From NCBI GenBank assembly GCA_965261975.1, contig CBDHEC010000051.1, forward strand, positions 1 to 64,000: DNA of 64,000 bases, read 5' to 3'. Under the pieces are notes generated by a model, which was given only the letters and a program-made list of their open reading frames with translations, was not told the DNA's origin and searched no databases. The position numbers and the translations under genes were made by a program. Shown here piece by piece: positions 58,368 to 64,000 of this stretch. The stretch comes from Alphaproteobacteria bacterium. GTDB taxonomy: Bacteria; Pseudomonadota; Alphaproteobacteria; UBA6615. Every line of letters begins with the position of its first letter. The first letter of the stretch is position 1.

Positions 58368-59108
58368 TTAAATATCATTTAAGGCGATCGCAACGCGCCG
58401 GTTCTGGCGGCCCTTACTCTCGATTTTGGTAACGGTAACAGCCCCGATTTCGGAGGTGTTGGCCACATGGGTGCCGCCGCAGGGTTGCAGATCCTGGCCC
58501 GCGATCCGGATCAAGCGTACCTGGCCCGCGCCCATTGGCGGTTTAACGCTCATGGTCTTCACCAGATCGGGTTGGGCTTCGAGTTCGGCGTCGCTGATCC
58601 AGTCCTGATCGACCGCATGATTGCCGGCAATCAGCTCATTCAGCCGCTGTGTGATCTCGACCTTGTCCAGGTTACTCTCCGGAATCGCGAAATCGAGCCG
58701 GCCTTTGCCGTCGTTCACCTGTCCACCCGTGACAGGGTACTCAATGACGGCAGACAGCAGATGCAGGCAGGTGTGAACTCGCATCATTCGGTGACGGCGC
58801 TCCCAGTCGATGCTAGCGGTGACAACGCTGCCGGGTTCGGGCGCTGTCTGGCCTTCGGCCGGCACATGCACGATGACATCCGGGCCGCCGTCATCGTCGC
58901 GGCCCTTGACGGTGGTGGCGATCTCGATCCGGTCGCCGTTGGCGAGCTCGAGACTGCCGGAATCACCAGGCTGTCCGCCGCCCGTTGGATAGAACACCGT
59001 CCGGTCGAGCACGATACCGCCCAGGTCGTTCACCGAGACAACCGTCGCGCCACAGCTTTGTGCGTAGGGATCGTCGCGGAAGACTGTACCCGTTGCGGGG
59101 GTGCTCAC
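58368..59108 (-). CDS. alaX: AlaX alanyl-tRNA editing protein
   Basis: FYPTGGGQPGD, HTCLH (HxxxH), CGGTH (CxxxH); GTG start overlaps the cysK stop. Confidence 0.92.
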   Translation of the reverse strand: MSTPATGTVFRDDPYAQSCGATVVSVNDLGGIVLDRTVFYPTGGGQPGDSGSLELANGDRIEIATTVKGRDDDGGPDVIVHVPAEGQTAPEPGSVVTASIDWERRHRMMRVHTCLHLLSAVIEYPVTGGQVNDGKGRLDFAIPESNLDKVEITQRLNELIAGNHAVDQDWISDAELEAQPDLVKTMSVKPPMGAGQVRLIRIAGQDLQPCGGTHVANTSEIGAVTVTKIESKGRQNRRVAIALNDI

Positions 59109-60109
59109 TTGTCCAGCCATTCCGGGAAGGGCAGGCCTTTTTCCTTGAGGAACGCGACATTGAAGATTTTCGACGCATAGCGATGGGCGCCGTCGCAAAG
59201 GATGGTGACGATCGTATGCCCCGGCCCGAGCTCCTTGGCCAGGCGGATCGCGCCAGCGACGTTGATGCCGCTGGAGGTGCCGAGGCTCAGGCCTTCTTCG
59301 CGGATCAGGTTGTACATGACCGGCAGGGCTTCCTCGTCGGGGATCTGGAAGGGGAAATCGACCGGTACGCCCTCGAGATTGGCGGTAATCCGGCCCTGGC
59401 CGATGCCTTCGGTGATCGAGGATCCCTCGGACTTCAACTCGCCATTGGCATAGTAATTATAGATCGCTGCACCCATGGGGTCGGCGAGGCCGATCTTGAC
59501 GTCGGGATTCTTGCTTTTCAGGTACATGCCGACGCCGGCAAGGGTGCCGCCGGTGCCGACCGCGCAAATGAAGCCGTCGAGTTTGCCTTCGGTCTGCTCC
59601 CAGATTTCCGGGCCGGTGGTGTCGAAATGACCCTGGCGGTTGGCGACATTGTCGAACTGGTTGGCCCAGATCGCACCGGCATCTTCCTTGGCGGCGAGTT
59701 CATCGGCCAGTCGGCCCGACTGCTTGATGTAGTTGTTCGGGTCCTTGTAGGGGACTGCGGGAACCTCGATCAGTTCGGCGCCGGCCTGGCGGAGCGCATC
59801 CTTCTTCTCCTGGGTCTGGGTCTCGGGAATCACGATGACCGTCCGATAACCGAGTGCGTTTGCCACATGGGCGAGCCCGATACCGGTGTTGCCGGCGGTA
59901 CCCTCGACGATCACACCTCCCGGTTTCAGCAAGCCCTTCGCCTCGGCGTCCTTGACGATCGCCAGGGCGGCGCGATCCTTGACGGACCCGGCAGGATTGA
60001 GAAATTCGGCCTTTCCCAGGATGGTGCAACCGGTCTCTTCCGAGGCCCGGTGCAATTTGATCAGCGGCGTATTGCCGACCGCTTCGATGAAACCGTCGCG
60101 AACGTTCAT
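59105..60109 (-). CDS. cysK: Cysteine synthase A
   Basis: VGNTPL, NPAGSVKDR (PLP Lys), TAGNTG, GTGGT, EGIG. Confidence 0.93.
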   Translation of the reverse strand: MNVRDGFIEAVGNTPLIKLHRASEETGCTILGKAEFLNPAGSVKDRAALAIVKDAEAKGLLKPGGVIVEGTAGNTGIGLAHVANALGYRTVIVIPETQTQEKKDALRQAGAELIEVPAVPYKDPNNYIKQSGRLADELAAKEDAGAIWANQFDNVANRQGHFDTTGPEIWEQTEGKLDGFICAVGTGGTLAGVGMYLKSKNPDVKIGLADPMGAAIYNYYANGELKSEGSSITEGIGQGRITANLEGVPVDFPFQIPDEEALPVMYNLIREEGLSLGTSSGINVAGAIRLAKELGPGHTIVTILCDGAHRYASKIFNVAFLKEKGLPFPEWLDK

Positions 60110-60322
60110 TTCACTGCCTTTATGTGTAATTCCAGGGGAAGTACGCTTGCCGGGAATGTAGCTTCCGCCCGGTGCCCCTGCAAGCGCAGGCACGCCGGTT
60201 TTTGGCGTTTCATGACAATTCATCGGGCTTGATTGTTGCTGCATGCCAACGAATAACTGTGAGGGTCTCGGCGGGCACATCGTCCCGGCGCGAAATGGCA
60301 AGAATTGGCGACGGAGAATCTT

Positions 60323-61120
60323 ATGGATCTAGGACTTTCGGGAAAACGCGCGCTGATATCGGGTTCGTCGCTTGGGATCGGCCGCGCCATCGCGGAATCG
60401 CTGGCGAGGGAAGGGGCAAGCGTTGTGATCAACGGTCGGAATGCCGAACGGTTGGGGCAAGCCGTGGAAGAAATATCTGCGATCGGCGATGTGCGCGGCC
60501 TCGTTGCAGACATATCGACCGCTACGGGAGCAGACGTTCTTGCGTCATTCGCTACCCAGGAAGGCCCCGTCGACATTCTGGTCAACAATGCCGGCATGTT
60601 CACGGTGAACGAGTTCTTCGACATCGAGGATGCTGACTGGCAGGCGATGTTCGATCTCAACGTCATGAGCGCGGTTCGGCTGTCACGGGCGTTGATGCCG
60701 TCTATGCTCGATCGTGACTGGGGGCGGGTGCTGTTCATCGGCTCGGATCAAAGTTCGAAGCCGAATCCCTCGATGGCCCATTACGCGATGACCAAGACCG
60801 CGCTCGTCTCGATCGCGCGTAGCCTCGCGGAACGCACGCGCGAGACCGGTGTCACGGTGAACACCCTGCAGGTCGCCCCGACCTGGACCGACGGGGTCGA
60901 TGCGTTCATGAAGCAAATGGCGGAAATCGACGGCACGACGCCGGAAGAGATGAGCAAAAGCTATTTCGCCGAGGGTGAGGGCAGCACGTCGCTCCTGCAA
61001 CGCTGGGCGCAACCGGAAGAGATTGCCGCGGTCGCCACCTTCCTTTGTTCACCTCAGGCCTCGGCCATCAACGGCAGCGCGCCACGTGCCGACGGCGGGA
61101 TGGTGCGGTCGCTTTTCTAG
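60323..61120 (+). CDS. SDR family oxidoreductase
   Basis: SGSSLGIG, NNAG, HYAMTK, RADGG. Confidence 0.9.
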   Translation: MDLGLSGKRALISGSSLGIGRAIAESLAREGASVVINGRNAERLGQAVEEISAIGDVRGLVADISTATGADVLASFATQEGPVDILVNNAGMFTVNEFFDIEDADWQAMFDLNVMSAVRLSRALMPSMLDRDWGRVLFIGSDQSSKPNPSMAHYAMTKTALVSIARSLAERTRETGVTVNTLQVAPTWTDGVDAFMKQMAEIDGTTPEEMSKSYFAEGEGSTSLLQRWAQPEEIAAVATFLCSPQASAINGSAPRADGGMVRSLF

Positions 61121-61123
61121 GCC

Positions 61124-62059
61124 CTATTCAGGATAGAACGCGCCGCGCAGGCCTTCGGCGGCGAAGTCGAGGGCTTCGAAGGCGGCATCGACATAACCAC
61201 CCATGCTGGGGAACAGGTGCGGGTAGCCCTCCCAGTTGCGCTGGCGCACGGGCACGCCCGCATCGGCGAGGCGTTCGGCGTAGGCGATACCCTCGTCACG
61301 CAGCGGATCATGGCTCGCGGTGATCACCGTTGCCGGCGGCAGCCCGGAGAAATCATTGGCCTGGAGTGGCGAGACGCGCGGGTCGTGGCGCAGCGCCTCA
61401 TCGTCGAGATAATTCTCCACCCACTTCTCCTGCATGCGCCTTGTCAGGACGGGGCCGTCGGCGTTCTCCACATAGGAGGGCGTATCAAAGATCAGGTTGG
61501 TGATCGGGCAGATAAGCACCTGCGCGGTCAGCGCGGGGCCGGTATTGCGGAGTTGCTGGGCGGTGACAGCCGTCAGGTTGCCGCCGGCGCTGTCGCCCGC
61601 GACGGCGATACGCGTCGGGTCGGCGCCGATCTCGTCGGCATGTTCATGCACCCAGCGGACCGCCCACTGGCAATCGTCGAAGGCGGCGGGGAATTTATGC
61701 TCGGGTGCGAGGCGATACTCGACGGACACGAAAATGGCGCGCGCCATATTGGCCATGTAGCGGCACTGGGGCTCCACCGTGTCATGGCTGCCGATGGTCC
61801 AGCCGCCGCCGTGAAAGTAGACGACCACCGGCATGGGTTGGTCGTCGGGCACCGTTAGGGGCACATACACGCGCAGCGGCACAGGGCCGCCCGGGCCGGT
61901 GGGGTACAGATCCAGCACGCGGCGCAGGGGCGCGGGGACCTGGTTCAGGAGGGCGACCTTTTCGCGCAAGGTCGCGCGGGCCTCGCCGGGTGAGAGGTCC
62001 GGGAAGCTCACGCCGGCCATCATGGCCACGGCCTTTTGGACTTGCGGGTGAAGTTCCAT
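61124..62059 (-). CDS. Alpha/beta hydrolase, HSL-family esterase
   Basis: HGGGW oxyanion motif, YRLAPEH, GDSAGG nucleophile, DPLRDEG, C-terminal His. Confidence 0.92.
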   Translation of the reverse strand: MELHPQVQKAVAMMAGVSFPDLSPGEARATLREKVALLNQVPAPLRRVLDLYPTGPGGPVPLRVYVPLTVPDDQPMPVVVYFHGGGWTIGSHDTVEPQCRYMANMARAIFVSVEYRLAPEHKFPAAFDDCQWAVRWVHEHADEIGADPTRIAVAGDSAGGNLTAVTAQQLRNTGPALTAQVLICPITNLIFDTPSYVENADGPVLTRRMQEKWVENYLDDEALRHDPRVSPLQANDFSGLPPATVITASHDPLRDEGIAYAERLADAGVPVRQRNWEGYPHLFPSMGGYVDAAFEALDFAAEGLRGAFYPE

Positions 62060-62207
62060 GACGCTTCGTCCTTCGAAATTTGATCCTTACGGACAAGAGA
62101 TGTGCCGAACGCGACGGGTTCCATAGTTGAACATCCGGGTTCCATTCTCAAATAGAAGCCGGTGCAGTTATTCACCTCGCCGCCGCGAGCCAACCTTGGA
62201 GAGAAGA

Positions 62208-63431
62208 ATGCGTACAGAAAAATTCGAGTTTCCGGGACATTCCGGCGAGATGCTGGCCGCGCGGCTGGATGCGCCGGAGCAGGCCCCGCGGGCCTATGCG
62301 CTGTTCGCCCATTGCTTCACCTGCACCAAGGATATCTATGCCGCCTCGCGGATTGCCCGCGCGTTGACGGAAACGGGGATCGCGGTTGTTCGGTTCGACT
62401 TCACCGGCCTCGGCCATTCCGAGGGCGAGTTCGCCAACACCAATTTCTCGTCCAACGTGGAAGACCTTGTCGCGGCCGCGAACCATATGCGCGACGCGCT
62501 GGCCGCCCCCCATCTGATCATCGGGCACAGCCTGGGCGGTGCGGCGGTCCTCGCGGCGGCGGGTCAGATAGACGAAGTGAAGGCTGTGGTCACCATCGGT
62601 GCGCCGGCGGAACCGGCCCATCTGGCGCACATGTTTACGGACTCGGCCGAGGAAATCGAGACCGCCGGCGAGGCGAACGTGTTGCTGGCCGGGCGCGAGT
62701 TCACGATCAAGAAACAGTTCCTCGACGATATCCAGGAGCAAACGCTGAGCGAATGTGTGGGCAAGCTCGGGCGCGCCCTGCTGGTCGTGCACAGCCCGAT
62801 CGACAACACGGTCGGAATCGAGAATGCCGCGGCGATCTTTGCGGCGGCCAAGCACCCGAAGAGCTTCGTCTCCCTCGATGATGCCGATCACCTGGTTTCC
62901 AAAAAGGAAGACGCCGAATATGCCGCGTCCGTCCTGGCCAGTTGGGCCAGCCGCTACATTCCAGCACAGGAAGAAACGGCAGAGTCCGGTGTGGCAGCGG
63001 GCGAGGGTGAAGTCGTGGTCGCGGAGACCGGCGAGAACCCGTTTGCCCAGGCGATCAGCGCCGGGGTGCATAGCCTGCGCGCGGATGAACCGCTCGATAT
63101 TGGCGGCGGCAACACGGGACCCACACCCTATGGCCTGCTGCTCTCCGGGCTCGGGGCCTGCACCTCGATGACCATTCGGATGTACGCCAACCGCAAGAAA
63201 TGGCCGCTGGAACGCGCGGTCGTGCGCCTGAAGCATGACAAGATTCACGCCCAGGACTGTGCGGACTGCGAGACCAAGGACGGGCGCATCGACCGGATCG
63301 AGAGGAGCATCGAGCTGATCGGTGAACTGGATGATGAGCAGCGTGCGAAGCTGCTTGAGATCGCCGACAAGTGCCCGGTCCACCGCACTCTGGAGAGCGA
63401 GGTGCAGGTGGAGACCGTTCTGGCGGATTAG
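62208..63431 (+). CDS. Bifunctional alpha/beta hydrolase / OsmC family protein
   Basis: FAHCFTC, GHSLGG, ADH; OsmC domain ADEP..GG..GP.P, GACTSMT, KCPVHRTL. Confidence 0.9.
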   Translation: MRTEKFEFPGHSGEMLAARLDAPEQAPRAYALFAHCFTCTKDIYAASRIARALTETGIAVVRFDFTGLGHSEGEFANTNFSSNVEDLVAAANHMRDALAAPHLIIGHSLGGAAVLAAAGQIDEVKAVVTIGAPAEPAHLAHMFTDSAEEIETAGEANVLLAGREFTIKKQFLDDIQEQTLSECVGKLGRALLVVHSPIDNTVGIENAAAIFAAAKHPKSFVSLDDADHLVSKKEDAEYAASVLASWASRYIPAQEETAESGVAAGEGEVVVAETGENPFAQAISAGVHSLRADEPLDIGGGNTGPTPYGLLLSGLGACTSMTIRMYANRKKWPLERAVVRLKHDKIHAQDCADCETKDGRIDRIERSIELIGELDDEQRAKLLEIADKCPVHRTLESEVQVETVLAD

Positions 63432-63438
63432 CGGCGGA

Positions 63439-63900
63439 TTATGTCCACCAGCGCCCGCTGGCGCCGATCACGACGATGATCAGGCCCAGCGGCAGATTGA
63501 CCGCGATGATCTTGCGGATGCGATCCAGGTCCTTGCCCGCCTGTGGCCAGTCCTGACCGTCGACGGCTTCACGAAAATCGGCCCATGCACCCCAGTAGAG
63601 CCAGGCAAACAGCAGGACCATGACCCAGGCGATCCCCTGCATGATGTGAACATGGGCGCCGGCAAACGCGAAGCCGCCCTGGACCGTAAACAGCACCCAG
63701 TAGCCTGACGTGAACAGCAGGACGACCGACAGCCAGACCCAGGGGAAGAATTTCTGGAACACCGCCCGCATGAGCTGCAGCCGGGTTGGCGGCTCGGCGA
63801 GTGACCCAAGCGCCGGGCGCAGGCAGACATAGATGGCAAACATGCCGCCGACCCAGATGACGGCGCCGAGGATGTGAAGCGAGAGCGCGATGCTGGTCAT
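63439..63900 (-). CDS. Membrane protein, CopD-like/DUF4149-type
   Basis: LHILGAVIWVGGM, four TM helices, HVHIM; RBS GGAG. Confidence 0.75.
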   Translation of the reverse strand: MTSIALSLHILGAVIWVGGMFAIYVCLRPALGSLAEPPTRLQLMRAVFQKFFPWVWLSVVLLFTSGYWVLFTVQGGFAFAGAHVHIMQGIAWVMVLLFAWLYWGAWADFREAVDGQDWPQAGKDLDRIRKIIAVNLPLGLIIVVIGASGRWWT

Positions 63901-64000
63901 GGAATCTCCGGCGGGATGGTGTGCGGCGCGCATTGTACGCGCCGCACGGCGTCGTTCAGTGAAAATTCCGTGACTTGATCGCGATGTGGGTGTTGCGGGG

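Noticed and set aside
1-64000. CRISPR arrays, rRNA, IS elements, long tandem repeats
   Set aside because: None detected by inspection; short or degenerate repeats could have been missed without computation

Overview
GC-rich (roughly 60-65% by eye), densely coded alphaproteobacterial chromosome segment; gene content suggests a Rhodospirillales-like organism (inference). No CRISPR array, rRNA, integrase, transposase or phage genes were seen. Left to right: two SDRs and a TauE exporter; a GldA/GldF/GldG-like ABC operon with DUF4340, then sapC; a heme/2Fe-2S class III adenylate cyclase (CyaC-type) beside TPR and Sel1 genes; a form II coxGSLM-coxDE-xdhC-mocA molybdoenzyme cluster; an MFS; an mrpA-G antiporter; atm1; a TPP-riboswitch-controlled thiZXY importer; acuC and DUF192. 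A ~10 kb accessory block follows, containing a deletion scar that joins EamA and type I secretion ATPase remnants, an HlyD protein, a low-GC lipoprotein, and a TAXI transporter under a DctB/DctD pair whose DctD lacks the GAFTGA loop. After that come tRNA-Pro(TGG), an NDUFS4-like gene and tRNA-Arg(TCT); a Cys-less thiolase/DUF35/CoA-transferase/SDR catabolic operon; an SGNH-like gene remnant missed by the ORF track; yqjG; a cysK-alaX-sseA-metC-ppc operon with a divergent PEP carboxylase; and esterase, OsmC and membrane-protein genes. Five genes carry single-base frameshifts that can each be repaired in a short homopolymer, most likely sequencing errors. All calls rest on motif recognition only; no database searches were run.
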